Assembly (NCBI GenBank): GCA_964653055.1
Contig: CAZZCA010000007.1
Coordinates: 11,361 to 75,360 of the forward strand
Direction: 5' to 3'
Source: an uncultured Desulfobulbia bacterium
Lineage (GTDB): Bacteria; Desulfobacterota; Desulfobulbia; Desulfobulbales; SURF-16
DNA length: 64,000 nucleotides
The position numbers and the translations under genes are program-made. The notes beneath the pieces were generated by a model. It saw only the letters and a list, made by a program, of their open reading frames with translations, did not search any database and had not been told where the DNA came from. This document shows positions 26,600-36,618 of this stretch, piece by piece (the first letter of the stretch is position 1; every line of letters begins with the position of its first letter).

Positions 26600-27139
26600 G
26601 TGATAATGGCCGCCAGTAAGCGGAAGAAAAAACGATTTATTGTTCGTTTCCAATTGAGCCCTGCCGGCATTGCCGGTCTGGGGGTTGTGGTTTTTTGTGT
26701 TTTTTTATGGATGTTCCTCCTGGGGATCTGGGCTGGTCAGACTGTTCTGTTGCCGGAAGAGGCAGGAGGCGGCAAGTGGTTGTCGGAAAGGGCGGCTGCC
26801 ATTTGGGAACAGACCACTGGTGAAGGAAGTGGCCGTTTTGTTACCCCGGCCAGGGATAAAGACGGGCCTGATTCATGGGGAATAAATGTTCCGGCTGATA
26901 AGTCTGTTTTTTCCCTCCAGGTTGCCTCTTTCAGGGACCGAAAAGAGGCTCACCGGGCGGTGCTGGGTTGGCAGGCACGGGGTTATGAGGCTTTTTTCCT
27001 TGCCCCGGCTGAGGATTCTCCTTATTTTCGGGTTTTTGTCGGTCGTTACCAGAAATTGATCGAGGCCAACAGGGTTGCCGTTATCCTGGAAAAAGATGAA
27101 AATGTCAGGGCCTATATAACCATGCTGCCCGGTTCCTGA
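26600..27139 (+). CDS. SPOR-domain membrane protein
   Basis: N-terminal TM 'IAGLGVVVFCVFLWMFLLGIWAG'; C-terminal SPOR 'FSLQVASFRDRKEAHRAVLGWQARGYEAFF...FRVFVGRYQ'. GTG at 26600 or ATG at 26606. Confidence 0.75.
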   Translation: MIMAASKRKKKRFIVRFQLSPAGIAGLGVVVFCVFLWMFLLGIWAGQTVLLPEEAGGGKWLSERAAAIWEQTTGEGSGRFVTPARDKDGPDSWGINVPADKSVFSLQVASFRDRKEAHRAVLGWQARGYEAFFLAPAEDSPYFRVFVGRYQKLIEANRVAVILEKDENVRAYITMLPGS

Positions 27140-27172
27140 GCTTAGCATTATGAATATTTAAGGATTGATTGG

Positions 27173-27649
27173 ATGCAAATTAGAAACGCCCGGGTGGACG
27201 ATGTTAAGGAGATTTATGAGCTTCTTGATCATTTTGCTGATCAGGGTCTGCTTTTAGGGCGCAGCTTAAGTTCTCTTTATGACCAGCTCCGTGACTTCCT
27301 CCTCTGTACCGAGGAGGAAGATGGCAGAGAGGTCATTGTCGGGGTCTGTGCCCTCCATGTCTGCTGGGAAGATCTGGCAGAGATCCGTTCTCTGGCTGTC
27401 AGGACTCAGAACCATGGTCAGGGAATTGGAGGGCAACTGGTCAAGAACTGCCTGGCCGCCACCAGGGAGCTGGGGATAGCCAGGGTATTTACCCTGACCT
27501 ATCAGCCTGATTTTTTTAAGGGCCTTGCCTTCTGCCCCGTTGATAAAAATGAATTGCCCCATAAGGTATGGAGCGATTGTATCAGTTGCCCCAAGTTTCC
27601 TGACTGTAATGAAGAGGCCATGATATGGCATGCTACAAGGGATAAATAA
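27173..27649 (+). CDS. GNAT acetyltransferase, short N-acetylglutamate-synthase-like type
   Basis: '[16 protein letters not shown]', '[23 protein letters not shown]' acetyl-CoA site, C-terminal '[20 protein letters not shown]'. Stop TAA shares its last A with the secA ATG. Confidence 0.8.
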   Translation: MQIRNARVDDVKEIYELLDHFADQGLLLGRSLSSLYDQLRDFLLCTEEEDGREVIVGVCALHVCWEDLAEIRSLAVRTQNHGQGIGGQLVKNCLAATRELGIARVFTLTYQPDFFKGLAFCPVDKNELPHKVWSDCISCPKFPDCNEEAMIWHATRDK

Positions 27650-30189
27650 TGATAGATAAGGTTCTTACCAAATTTTTTGGCAGCAAGAATGATCGGGAGC
27701 TGAAGAAGATGCAGCCCCTGGTTGACGGCATCAATAAATTGGAACCGGCCATGCAGGCCCTGGATGATCAGGCTCTGACTGCCAAAACCGAAGAGTTTCG
27801 TCGCCGGCTTGCAGAAGGAGAGACCCTTGATGACCTGCTGGTGGAGGCCTTTGCCGTGGTTCGCGAGGCCTCGTTCCGGGTGCTTGAAATGCGTCCCTAT
27901 GATGTCCAGCTCATTGGCGGGATTGTTTTGCATCAGGGCCGAATTGCCGAGATGAAAACCGGTGAGGGTAAGACCCTGGTGGCCACCATGCCGGTTTACC
28001 TCAATGCCCTGGCCGGCAAAGGGGTACATGTGGTCACGGTTAATGATTATCTGGCCCGTCGGGATTCGGAGTGGATGGCCGGAGTTTACCAGTTCCTTGG
28101 TCTTAGCACCGGGGTTATTGTCCATGACTTGGACGATGAGGCCCGGAAAGAGGCCTACGGGGCTGATGTTACCTATGGCACCAATAACGAGTTCGGCTTT
28201 GATTATCTCCGGGATAATATGAAGTTTTCCATTGATGATTATTGTCAGCGCGATTTTCATTATGCCATTGTCGATGAGGTGGATTCCATCCTCATTGATG
28301 AGGCTCGTACCCCGCTCATTATCTCTGGACCGGCTGAAATCTCCACCGAGCTCTATCAGCAGGTAAATGGTCTGATCTCCTCTTTTGAGAAGGATGATCA
28401 TTATACGGTTGATGAAAAATCCAAATCCCTTTCCATGACTGAGGAAGGCATTGCCTTAGGGGAAAAACTGCTTAATATCGATAACCTCTACGATCCCAAG
28501 AATATTGAATGGCTCCATCACCTTAACCAGGCTCTGCGGGCCCATGTTCTCTTCAGCCGGGATGTGGATTATCTGGTTCAGGACGGCGGGGTGGTTATTG
28601 TGGATGAGTTCACCGGCCGCAGTATGCCGGGTCGGCGTTACAGTGATGGCCTTCATCAGGCCCTGGAGGCTAAGGAGGGGGTTAAAATCGAGCAGGAGAA
28701 CCAGACCCTTGCCTCCATTACTTTTCAGAATTATTTCCGGATGTACGGCAAACTGGCCGGTATGACCGGAACCGCAGATACTGAGGCAGTTGAGTTTAAG
28801 AAAATCTATGATCTTAATGTAACGGTGATTCCCACCCATCATCCCATGGTTCGGGATGATTTTGCCGATGTTATCTATAAGAATTCCAAGGCCAAATTCC
28901 GGGCGGTGGTCAAAGAGATCCAGGACCTCCATGACAAGGGTCAGCCTATTCTGGTGGGTACCACTAATATCGATGTTTCCGAGATGCTTTCCGGGATGCT
29001 GAAGAAGGTGAAGGTCCCCCATGAGGTTCTTAATGCCAAACAGCATGACCGGGAGGCGGAGATCATTGCTGATGCCGGCCAGAAGGGCAAGGTGACCATT
29101 GCCACCAATATGGCGGGTCGTGGTACTGATATTAAGCTTGATGATGATAGCAAAGACATGGGTGGCCTCCATATCCTGGGTACCAGTCGTCATGAATCAA
29201 GAAGGATCGATAATCAGCTACGGGGCCGTTCCGGTCGCCAGGGTGACCCCGGCTCATCCCGGTTTTATCTGTCCCTGGAGGATGACCTTCTGCGGATCTT
29301 CGGTTCTGACCGGATCTCTTCGGTGATGGAAAAGATGGGGATGGAAGAGGATGAGCCCATTGAACATTCCATGATCTCCAAGGCCATTGAGAACGCCCAG
29401 CGTAAGGTTGAGGGCCATAATTTTGATATTCGTAAGCATCTGCTCGAGTATGACGATGTGATGAATATGCAGCGGAAGGTCATTTATGAACGGCGGCGGC
29501 AGGTTCTGGCCGATGATGATGTTCAGGATATGGTCCAGGGGATGATTGAGGATCTTGTTACCATGATCCCCGGCGAATTCTGCGATGAAAAGGTGCCTTC
29601 CGAGGACTGGGACTGGCCGGCGATCCGGGAGCGGGTTCTGGCGTCTATCGGGGTGGAGTTGACCTGGGATGATGAGCGTTGCCATGGTCTCAAGGTTGAT
29701 GATTTTGAAGATCAGCTTTTGGCGCTGGTCAAAGGTCAGTATCAGGCCCGGGAGGATGAACTTGGTTCAGAGACAATGCGTCAGCTGGAAAACTATATCA
29801 TTCTCCAGATGATCGACACTCACTGGAAAGATCACCTGCTGGCCATGGATCATCTCAAGGAGGGAATTGGCCTTCGCGGTTATGGCCAGAAGAACCCTCT
29901 CGATGAGTATAAGAAGGAAGGCTATAATATGTTCATGACCCTGATGGACAGGGTAAAAGAGTATATTGTGGCAACCTTGATGCGGGTACAGCTTGCCCGC
30001 CAGGATGAGTTGGGCGAGTTGGAACACCAGCATCGTCAGCAGGAGATGGAGATGGGTCGTGGTGACGGTGCTGGCGAGGCTGCCAAACAGCATCCTGCCC
30101 GTCGGGAAGGGGCCAAGGTGGGTCGTAATTCTCCCTGTCCCTGCGGCTCAGGCAGGAAATTCAAACGATGTTGCGGGAAACTGAAATAA
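27649..30189 (+). CDS. secA: Preprotein translocase ATPase SecA
   Basis: '[14 protein letters not shown]' Walker A, '[19 protein letters not shown]', '[12 protein letters not shown]', C-terminal zinc finger '[14 protein letters not shown]'. Confidence 0.97.
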   Translation: MIDKVLTKFFGSKNDRELKKMQPLVDGINKLEPAMQALDDQALTAKTEEFRRRLAEGETLDDLLVEAFAVVREASFRVLEMRPYDVQLIGGIVLHQGRIAEMKTGEGKTLVATMPVYLNALAGKGVHVVTVNDYLARRDSEWMAGVYQFLGLSTGVIVHDLDDEARKEAYGADVTYGTNNEFGFDYLRDNMKFSIDDYCQRDFHYAIVDEVDSILIDEARTPLIISGPAEISTELYQQVNGLISSFEKDDHYTVDEKSKSLSMTEEGIALGEKLLNIDNLYDPKNIEWLHHLNQALRAHVLFSRDVDYLVQDGGVVIVDEFTGRSMPGRRYSDGLHQALEAKEGVKIEQENQTLASITFQNYFRMYGKLAGMTGTADTEAVEFKKIYDLNVTVIPTHHPMVRDDFADVIYKNSKAKFRAVVKEIQDLHDKGQPILVGTTNIDVSEMLSGMLKKVKVPHEVLNAKQHDREAEIIADAGQKGKVTIATNMAGRGTDIKLDDDSKDMGGLHILGTSRHESRRIDNQLRGRSGRQGDPGSSRFYLSLEDDLLRIFGSDRISSVMEKMGMEEDEPIEHSMISKAIENAQRKVEGHNFDIRKHLLEYDDVMNMQRKVIYERRRQVLADDDVQDMVQGMIEDLVTMIPGEFCDEKVPSEDWDWPAIRERVLASIGVELTWDDERCHGLKVDDFEDQLLALVKGQYQAREDELGSETMRQLENYIILQMIDTHWKDHLLAMDHLKEGIGLRGYGQKNPLDEYKKEGYNMFMTLMDRVKEYIVATLMRVQLARQDELGELEHQHRQQEMEMGRGDGAGEAAKQHPARREGAKVGRNSPCPCGSGRKFKRCCGKLK

Positions 30190-31388
30190 TGGCAAATGGC
30201 GACTGGCAGGTCCCCGGGTTTAAGGCAGGAGCGGTTCGGGCCGGGATCAGGGGTAAGGATCGCCTTGATGTCGGGCTGATCTGTTCTGAGGTGCCGGCAA
30301 CGGCAGCCGGAGTTTTTACCACCAGTGAGGTTAAGGCGGCTCCGGTTATCCTTGGTCAGGAGCATCTGGCCCATGGTAGGGCCCAGGCCATCTTTGTCAA
30401 TAGTGGTGTTGCCAATGCCTGTACCGGTAAAGAGGGGATGGAGCTTGCTCGCCGGACTGCGACTCTGGTGGCTGATAAACTGGCTCTTGCCCCGGAGCTG
30501 ATTCAGGTCTCTTCCACCGGGGTTATTGGTGAGCAGCTGGATTTTGCCCTTTTTGAGAATTGTCTCCCAGAGCTGACATCTTCCCTGGATCCTGATGGCC
30601 TTTCCCGGGTAGCCCGGGCAATGATGACCACGGACACCGTTCCCAAGATCTGCCAGCGTACCCTGAAGATTGATGGTGGGCAGGTAACCATTTGCGGTAT
30701 GGCTAAAGGCGCCGGGATGATCATGCCTAATATGGCCACCATGCTCGGTTTTGTTATGACCGATGCTGCTGTTGCCCCGGCTGTTTTACAGGATCTGCTC
30801 ACAGGTGGTGTGGCTCAGTCATTTAATGCCATCACGGTGGACGGTGATACCAGCACCAATGACACAGTGCTGCTTCTGGCCAACGGGGTGGCTGGTAATC
30901 AGGAAATTGATGATTCTTCTTCTGCTGAGGCAATAGCCTTTGGCCAATGCCTTAACCAGGTTCTGCTGGAACTGGCCCTTGCCATCGTCCGGGACGGAGA
31001 GGGGGCAAGTAAGCTGATCACGGTGGAGGTTCGGGGATGCCCAGGAGATATTGAGGCTGACCAGGCTGCCCGAACCATTGCCAATTCCAACCTGGTTAAG
31101 ACCGCTTGTTTCGGCGAGGACGCCAATTGGGGCCGGATCATTGCTGCCCTTGGCCGTTCCGGGTTTGCCTTTGACCAGAGTCTGGTGGAAATAGCCTTTG
31201 ACGGGGTGGTAATGGTGGAGAACGGTCTTGGTCTTGGCGTGGATCAGGAGGAGCTGGCAACTGCGGTTTTGAAAAAAGACGAGTTTACCATTATGGTTGA
31301 TCTTCACCAGGGGTCTGGTCAGGCTAAGATCTATACCTGTGATTTCAGCCTTGATTATGTGCGGATTAACGCTGATTACCGTACATAG
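30189..31388 (+). CDS. argJ: Bifunctional ornithine acetyltransferase / N-acetylglutamate synthase ArgJ
   Basis: 'PGFKAGAVRAGIRGKDRLDVGLI', autoprocessing site 'ATMLGFVMTDA', 'TVDGDTSTNDTV', 'DFSLDYVRINADY'. The ATG overlaps the secA TAA by 1 nt; the track start at 30168 is an in-frame upstream extension inside secA. Confidence 0.93.
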   Translation: MANGDWQVPGFKAGAVRAGIRGKDRLDVGLICSEVPATAAGVFTTSEVKAAPVILGQEHLAHGRAQAIFVNSGVANACTGKEGMELARRTATLVADKLALAPELIQVSSTGVIGEQLDFALFENCLPELTSSLDPDGLSRVARAMMTTDTVPKICQRTLKIDGGQVTICGMAKGAGMIMPNMATMLGFVMTDAAVAPAVLQDLLTGGVAQSFNAITVDGDTSTNDTVLLLANGVAGNQEIDDSSSAEAIAFGQCLNQVLLELALAIVRDGEGASKLITVEVRGCPGDIEADQAARTIANSNLVKTACFGEDANWGRIIAALGRSGFAFDQSLVEIAFDGVVMVENGLGLGVDQEELATAVLKKDEFTIMVDLHQGSGQAKIYTCDFSLDYVRINADYRT

Positions 31389-31464
31389 GCTGGCGGACTC
31401 TGCTGAGCTGAATTTAGCAGCCTTCTTTTTAATAGTCCATGCCTGGTTAAGTGGAAAACAGCTG

Positions 31465-32172
31465 TTATTTGTTCAGCAGTGAGTGGAAATAACCCGGAAT
31501 CTCTGTCTCAAAGGTCATTTCTGTCCCTGTGTAAGGGTGCGATATGGTTAAGGACGCGGCATGGAGGGTAAGCCTCTTTATACCTATTCCTTTTTTTCCG
31601 TATGTTTTGTCTCCGGCCACCGGGTGGCCATTTTCCGCAAGGTGGACTCTGATCTGGTTTTTCCGCCCGGTAATCAGGTTTATTTCCAGCAGGCTGTATT
31701 TTTCTGACTCTTTAATTACTTTGTAGCCTGTACTGGCAAGCTTGCCTTTGGCAGGATTTTTTACGGAATACATTTTGTGGATACTGTTTTCGGCCAGATA
31801 TGATTTTATCAGTCCTTCTTTCTGATCCATGCTTCCGTGGACCACAGCATAGTAAATCTTCTTAAATTTTGACCATTCTTTCTGTAGATAGCGTTTGGCT
31901 TTTTCTGTTTTGGCAAAAACCAGAACCCCGGAAGTGTCCCTATCTAAACGATGAACGATGAATATTCGATTTTTTGATTTGGGATTCCCTTTGCGTACAT
32001 AATCATTCAAAAGAAAATAGGCTGTGTTTTCTCTGATTTTTTCATTACTGATCGTTAATAGCCCATGGATTTTATCAACAACAATAATGTCATGATCTTC
32101 GTAGAGAATGGGGAGTTCTTTGGGCTGGTATCTTTTGGGGGGTTGTTTGAATTTTTTCTGGGTTTTAGCCAT
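31465..32172 (-). CDS. RluA-family pseudouridine synthase (no S4 domain)
   Basis: Catalytic Asp motif 'HRLDRDTSGVLVFAK', 'GRKNQIRVHL'. Visibly AT-richer than its neighbours. Confidence 0.85.
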   Translation of the reverse strand: MAKTQKKFKQPPKRYQPKELPILYEDHDIIVVDKIHGLLTISNEKIRENTAYFLLNDYVRKGNPKSKNRIFIVHRLDRDTSGVLVFAKTEKAKRYLQKEWSKFKKIYYAVVHGSMDQKEGLIKSYLAENSIHKMYSVKNPAKGKLASTGYKVIKESEKYSLLEINLITGRKNQIRVHLAENGHPVAGDKTYGKKGIGIKRLTLHAASLTISHPYTGTEMTFETEIPGYFHSLLNK

Positions 32173-32204
32173 AATATCTTTGGGATTATGAGTTGAACAT
32201 TTTT

Positions 32205-33179
32205 TTAGCGATTATAACGCTCTTCGCAGGAAAGCAGGATCTCTTTTTCCGTATCAGCCAGGACTTCTTTGGCCTGGATCACGTCAGTACTGATCTGGGT
32301 CGCTAGTTCGTCCGGGCCGTTGAATTTGCGTTCCCCCCGCAGGTAACGAAGCAGGTTGATCTTGATGGGTTTACCGTAGATGTCCTGGTTGAAATCAAAG
32401 ATATGGGTCTCGGCTGATAGCTTTTCCTCGCCAAAGGTGGGGTTATAGCCGATATTCAAGACTCCGCCATAGCATTTGCCATCGTAAATTACCTGGGTAA
32501 CATAGACCCCGTGCCGGGGGCAGAGATCTTCCGGAGAGATGTCCAGGTTGGCGGTGGGGAAACCAAGCTGGGCCCCTCCCCGCTGTTTCCCCATCTGGAC
32601 CTCGCCTCTGATTTGGTAATAACGGCCCAGAAGCTTACGCACCTCCCGCATCTTGCCCAGGCTGACCAGTTCCCGTACCTTGGTCGAGCTGGCCAGTATC
32701 TCATCCACATAATAGGGCTCCACCACAGTTACGGGGAAGCCCTTTGCCGCGCCCTGTTGCTTCAGGAAGTTAATATCACCCTCTCGTCCCTTGCCAAAGG
32801 CGTAGTCATAACCAACCACAAGTTCCTTAACTCCGATGGTTTTGACAAGCACTTCATCGACAAAGGTGGTGGCGGTGGTGGTGGCAAAATCACGGGTAAA
32901 GGGGATGATGATCAGGACATCAAGTCCTGCCATCTCGATTAATTCCCGTTTCTGGTCACAGCTTGAGATCAGCTTGATCCCAGCCTCCGGCCGCACTACC
33001 TGCAGGGGATGGGGGTTGAAGGTAATGGCAACGCTGGTTCCCTGATGACGGTATGCCAGACCTGCCACCTCTGAAAAAAGGATCTGGTGGCCGAGATGGA
33101 CTCCGTCAAAATTGCCGATGGTTACACAGGGCCTGGTCAGGGGCTCTTTGATGTCGGCAAGATCGGTATATATCTTCAT
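32205..33179 (-). CDS. ribF: Bifunctional riboflavin kinase / FMN adenylyltransferase
   Basis: 'IGNFDGVHLGHQ', 'GFPTANL', 'VLNIGYNPTF', 'ETHIFDF..DIYG'. Confidence 0.93.
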   Translation of the reverse strand: MKIYTDLADIKEPLTRPCVTIGNFDGVHLGHQILFSEVAGLAYRHQGTSVAITFNPHPLQVVRPEAGIKLISSCDQKRELIEMAGLDVLIIIPFTRDFATTTATTFVDEVLVKTIGVKELVVGYDYAFGKGREGDINFLKQQGAAKGFPVTVVEPYYVDEILASSTKVRELVSLGKMREVRKLLGRYYQIRGEVQMGKQRGGAQLGFPTANLDISPEDLCPRHGVYVTQVIYDGKCYGGVLNIGYNPTFGEEKLSAETHIFDFNQDIYGKPIKINLLRYLRGERKFNGPDELATQISTDVIQAKEVLADTEKEILLSCEERYNR

Positions 33180-33281
33180 GTCTATCCTTAAGTCTGGTAG
33201 GTATTTTGGGCAAATTTAAAGATAAATAATACCATTAAACGAAAGACTTATCATTGTCAGTTTTTTTCTGGTGGAAAATTC

Positions 33282-33311
33282 TTGACATTGGCCCCTAAAA
33301 CCTTATATAAA
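33282..33311 (+). promoter_or_regulatory. Candidate sigma70 promoter of tRNA-Leu (TTGACA-N16-TATATA)
   Basis: TTGACA 33282-33287; TATATA 33304-33309 (or TATAAA 33306-33311); tRNA 5' end at 33329. Confidence 0.55.
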
Positions 33312-33328
33312 AGGTCTTTCCATCTAAT

Positions 33329-33415
33329 GCCGAAGTGGCGGAATTGGTAGACGCGCTAGGTTCAGGGTCTAGTGAGCGCATGCTCGTGGGAGTTCAAATC
33401 TCCCCTTCGGCACCA
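33329..33415 (+). tRNA. tRNA-Leu (anticodon CAG), CCA encoded
   Basis: Folded by hand: acceptor GCCGAAG/CTTCGGC, D arm GCG..CGC with AATTGGTAGA loop, anticodon stem CTAGG/TCTAG with loop TT-CAG-GG, long variable arm GAGC-GCAT-GCTC, T arm GGGAG-TTCAAAT-CTCCC, discriminator A + CCA. 87 nt. Confidence 0.95.
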
Positions 33416-33422
33416 GCATTTC

Positions 33423-33462
33423 AGGGCTGTAACCGGTAATCCTGGTTACAGCCCTTTTTTTT
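33423..33462 (+). terminator. Rho-independent terminator after tRNA-Leu
   Basis: 12-bp perfect stem AGGGCTGTAACC / GGTTACAGCCCT, 9-nt loop, T8 tail. Confidence 0.9.
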
Positions 33463-33552
33463 ATGCAATTCCTTATTGCGCGAATCTGTTTTGCCCGCAA
33501 TGGCTATTCTTTTTTGACAAGGGACCTGGTCGTTCTTATTGTCTGTGTGAAG

Positions 33553-34455
33553 ATGAGTGAACCCCGGGAAATAATGACGGTGGAAGCCGGTCATAGTTAT
33601 AATTATAAGCAGATCTGTCTCTGGTCTCTGGTATTGCAGTCGGTTGGGGTGTCCCATATGGTTGCGAACCGAGGAAGCGGCTGGGTGATTACGGTGGCTG
33701 AGGACCTGGAAGAGGTGGCCAGTCATCAGCTGGCCAGTTTTGAGGAGGAAAACACCAGGTGGCCTCCTCCTGCCCCGGAAAATCATCGCTCTCTCTTTTC
33801 TTTTCATCGCCGCCGCCCGCCCACCATTTTTCTGATGAGTTTTTTCCTGTTCTTTTTTGCTCTGACCGGTTCCTGGTCTGTTGACCCCTGGTTTGAGGCT
33901 GGAGCGGTTAACAGTGTGCAGATAATGGAGCATGGTCAGTGGTGGCGACTGGTTACCGGTCTAACTCTTCATGCTGATCCGGTTCATCTTGTGGGGAATT
34001 TGATCATCGGTGGCCTCATGGTTCACCTTGTCTGCAAGACCGTTGGCTCCGGCTGCGGCTGGCTGGCCATTTTATTGGCTGGTTCACTGGGTAATCTGAT
34101 AAATATTTTGGCCCGGGACAGTTTTCATCTGTCAGTTGGTTTTTCCACTGCGGTTTTCGGGTCCATTGGCATTTTAAGCGGGATCGCCATCAGGAGACAG
34201 GGCCGCATCCGTGACATGCTGCCCCCCTTAGGGGCTGGCCTGGCCCTTTTGGCTATGCTGGGAATGGAAGGGGCCCGGACCGATATCGGTGCCCATGTCA
34301 GTGGCCTTGCCTGTGGCGGGATTTTTGGTTTCTTATTGGCTGGTTTCCCCCGTATATTGGAAGATAGGGATTCAGTTCTGGTTCAGGCTGTATCTTTTGC
34401 CTGTGCTCTTCTGCTGGTCTCCGGTTGCTGGTGGCTGGCCCTGATGGATATTTAA
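33553..34455 (+). CDS. Rhomboid-family intramembrane serine protease
   Basis: 'GQWWRLVTGLTLHADPVHLVGN', catalytic 'GFSTAVFGSIG' (GxSxxxxG), 'AHVSGLACGG' (catalytic His). The track start 33463 abuts the tRNA terminator, so ATG at 33553 or 33574 is more plausible. Confidence 0.85.
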   Translation: MSEPREIMTVEAGHSYNYKQICLWSLVLQSVGVSHMVANRGSGWVITVAEDLEEVASHQLASFEEENTRWPPPAPENHRSLFSFHRRRPPTIFLMSFFLFFFALTGSWSVDPWFEAGAVNSVQIMEHGQWWRLVTGLTLHADPVHLVGNLIIGGLMVHLVCKTVGSGCGWLAILLAGSLGNLINILARDSFHLSVGFSTAVFGSIGILSGIAIRRQGRIRDMLPPLGAGLALLAMLGMEGARTDIGAHVSGLACGGIFGFLLAGFPRILEDRDSVLVQAVSFACALLLVSGCWWLALMDI

Positions 34456-34522
34456 CTTGATAATTAAGGGAAATTCCCTGATAGTGTTTATGGATTGATT
34501 TTATTTAATTAATTTAAAGGGA

Positions 34523-35635
34523 TTGACTATGTCGTATGACAATGAACAGCCCCCATGGGGCAGGAAAAAGGGGCCGGCTACGCCGGAAGAGCTGCTGGCA
34601 TCATTAATTGCCAAGATTAGAGACGCCTTTGAAGGCGGTGGTGGTGACAGTGGCGGCGGTGGTTCGTCGTCAGGTCAGAGCCCTCCCAGTCTTTTTGGCG
34701 GGTTGATGCGGGTGATAACCGTGATTGCCATTTTATTTGCGGTTAATATCGTCTATTCATCGTTTTATACCATTGAGCCCGGGGAAAAGGGAGTGGTTCT
34801 GCGCCTTGGTGAATTCAATAAGCTGGCTAATCCCGGCTTGAACTTCAAGCTGCCCATTATTGATGATGTGGTCAAGGTGGATGTGGAGACGGTGAGGAAG
34901 CAGGAGTTTGGTTTTCGCACCAGGATTCCCGGCCAGAAATCTATTTATTCCCGCCAGGGCTATGATGCTGAATCTCTGATGCTTACCGGTGATAAGAATG
35001 TCATCGATGTTCAATGGATTGTCCAGTACAAGGTTCAGGACCCCATGGCGTTTGTTTTTCAGGTTCGGAATGTTGACCAGGCGGTTCGTGATGTGTCGGA
35101 GATGGCTATCAGGCGGATTGTCGGTAACCATGATTTTGATTATGTCCTCAGTAACCGGGAGGTGCTGGAGGCGGCAACTGCCCGGGAGCTGCAGAGCACC
35201 CTTGATAAGTATAATAGCGGGGTCAGGATTGGCGCTGTTAAGATGCAGGATGTTAATCCGCCGGAGCAGGTTAAGCCGGCCTTTAATGAAGTTAATGAGG
35301 CCGACCAGGACATGAAGCGCCTGGTGAATGAGGCGGAACAGACCTATAATAAGGTGATCCCCAAGGCTCGGGGTGAGGCTAAACGGCGCCTGGAGGAGGC
35401 TGAGGGCTACGCGGTTGAGCGAATCAACCTGGCCAAGGGTGAAACCTCCCGTTTTCTGGCAGTGCTGGCTGAGTATGAAAAGGCCCGGGACGTTACCCGT
35501 AAGAGGATGTATCTGGAGACCGTGGGCAGGGTGATGCCAGGGGTGGACGATATCTATGTGATTGATCGGGAACAGCGCTCGCTTCTTCCCCTGCTGGACC
35601 TGACCTCCGGCACTGGTCGTAAAGGAGGAAAATAA
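34523..35635 (+). CDS. hflK: FtsH protease modulator HflK (SPFH/band-7)
   Basis: N-terminal 'PPWGRK', Gly-rich spacer, TM, SPFH core 'YTIEPGEKGVVLRLGEF...PGLNFKLPIIDDV', 'VRIGAVKMQDVNPPEQV'. TTG start in the track; first ATG 2 codons in. Confidence 0.9.
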   Translation: MTMSYDNEQPPWGRKKGPATPEELLASLIAKIRDAFEGGGGDSGGGGSSSGQSPPSLFGGLMRVITVIAILFAVNIVYSSFYTIEPGEKGVVLRLGEFNKLANPGLNFKLPIIDDVVKVDVETVRKQEFGFRTRIPGQKSIYSRQGYDAESLMLTGDKNVIDVQWIVQYKVQDPMAFVFQVRNVDQAVRDVSEMAIRRIVGNHDFDYVLSNREVLEAATARELQSTLDKYNSGVRIGAVKMQDVNPPEQVKPAFNEVNEADQDMKRLVNEAEQTYNKVIPKARGEAKRRLEEAEGYAVERINLAKGETSRFLAVLAEYEKARDVTRKRMYLETVGRVMPGVDDIYVIDREQRSLLPLLDLTSGTGRKGGK

Positions 35636-36574
35636 ATGAATATTATTATACGTTATATATTTATTGGTCTGATACTGGCGGCAGTTATGACGGTCTGGGA
35701 TGGTTTTTACATCCTGCCGGAAGGCAAGCAGGCAGTGGTAACCCAGTTCGGGGCCCCCGTTGGTGATACGGCCACCAAGGCAGGCCTTCATTTCAAGACC
35801 CCCTTTGTTCAGAAGGTCCGTTATTTTGAAAAACGAATCATGATCTGGGATGGTTCTCCCAACCAGGTTCCCACTAATGATAAAACCTTTGTCTATATCG
35901 ATACCACCGCCCGCTGGCGGATTGCCGATGCCCTCAAATTCCTTCAGGCGGTTAATAACGAGAACCGGGCCCAGACCATCCTTGATGATATCATCGACAG
36001 TACGGTGCGGGATCTGGTGAATAAAAACAATCTGGTGGAGATTATCCGTAGTTCCGACTGGGTTCCCGGGGCTGCTCGAGAAGGAGTTGCCGGGGTGGAA
36101 AAGACCGAGCCCATTGAATTTGGCCGGGACAAGATAGCCAGGATGATATTTGTCGCTGCCTCTAAGGTAACCCCTCAGTATGGGATTGATCTGATAGATG
36201 TGATATTTAAACGGGTGAATTACATCGAATCCGTTCGCCGTAAGGTCTATGAGCGGATGATTTCCGAGCGTAAAAGGATTGCTGCGGAGAAACGGGCTCT
36301 GGGTGAGGGACAGAAGTCGGAGATTCTTGGTAAGGTTTCTCGTGAGCTGAAGGTCTTGACCTCCCAGGCCAGCCGTCAGGCAGAAGAGATTAAGGGTAAG
36401 GCCGATGCCAAGGCTGCGGCCATCTATTCCGAGGCCTATAGCCGGGATCCGGAATTCTATGCCTTTTCCAAGAGCCTCGACAGTTACGGCAAGGTTATGG
36501 GGAGCAATACCCGGATGATCATCTCGTCTGATTCCGAGTTCTATAAATATCTGAATAATTCAGACGGCAAATAA
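35636..36574 (+). CDS. hflC: FtsH protease modulator HflC (SPFH/band-7)
   Basis: Starts at the base after the hflK stop codon; 'FYILPEGKQAVVTQFG', 'GLHFKTPFVQKVRYFEKRI', 'GIDLIDVIFKRVNY'. Confidence 0.9.
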   Translation: MNIIIRYIFIGLILAAVMTVWDGFYILPEGKQAVVTQFGAPVGDTATKAGLHFKTPFVQKVRYFEKRIMIWDGSPNQVPTNDKTFVYIDTTARWRIADALKFLQAVNNENRAQTILDDIIDSTVRDLVNKNNLVEIIRSSDWVPGAAREGVAGVEKTEPIEFGRDKIARMIFVAASKVTPQYGIDLIDVIFKRVNYIESVRRKVYERMISERKRIAAEKRALGEGQKSEILGKVSRELKVLTSQASRQAEEIKGKADAKAAAIYSEAYSRDPEFYAFSKSLDSYGKVMGSNTRMIISSDSEFYKYLNNSDGK

Positions 36575-36618
36575 GAAAGCGCCAGCCTGTCTTAGGCCCG
36601 GGATTTAAGGAAGATCCT

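Noticed and set aside
33421-33933. 170-aa minus-strand ORF, and the 33463 start of the rhomboid ORF
   Set aside because: The minus ORF is antisense to the rhomboid N-terminal domain and runs through the tRNA terminator. The 33463 start lies immediately after the terminator T-run with no SD. The later ATGs at 33553 and 33574 are preferred.
33329-36574. Genomic island or integrated element at tRNA-Leu
   Set aside because: There is no integrase, no direct repeat of the tRNA 3' end and no compositional break. The downstream genes are core (rhomboid, hflK, hflC).
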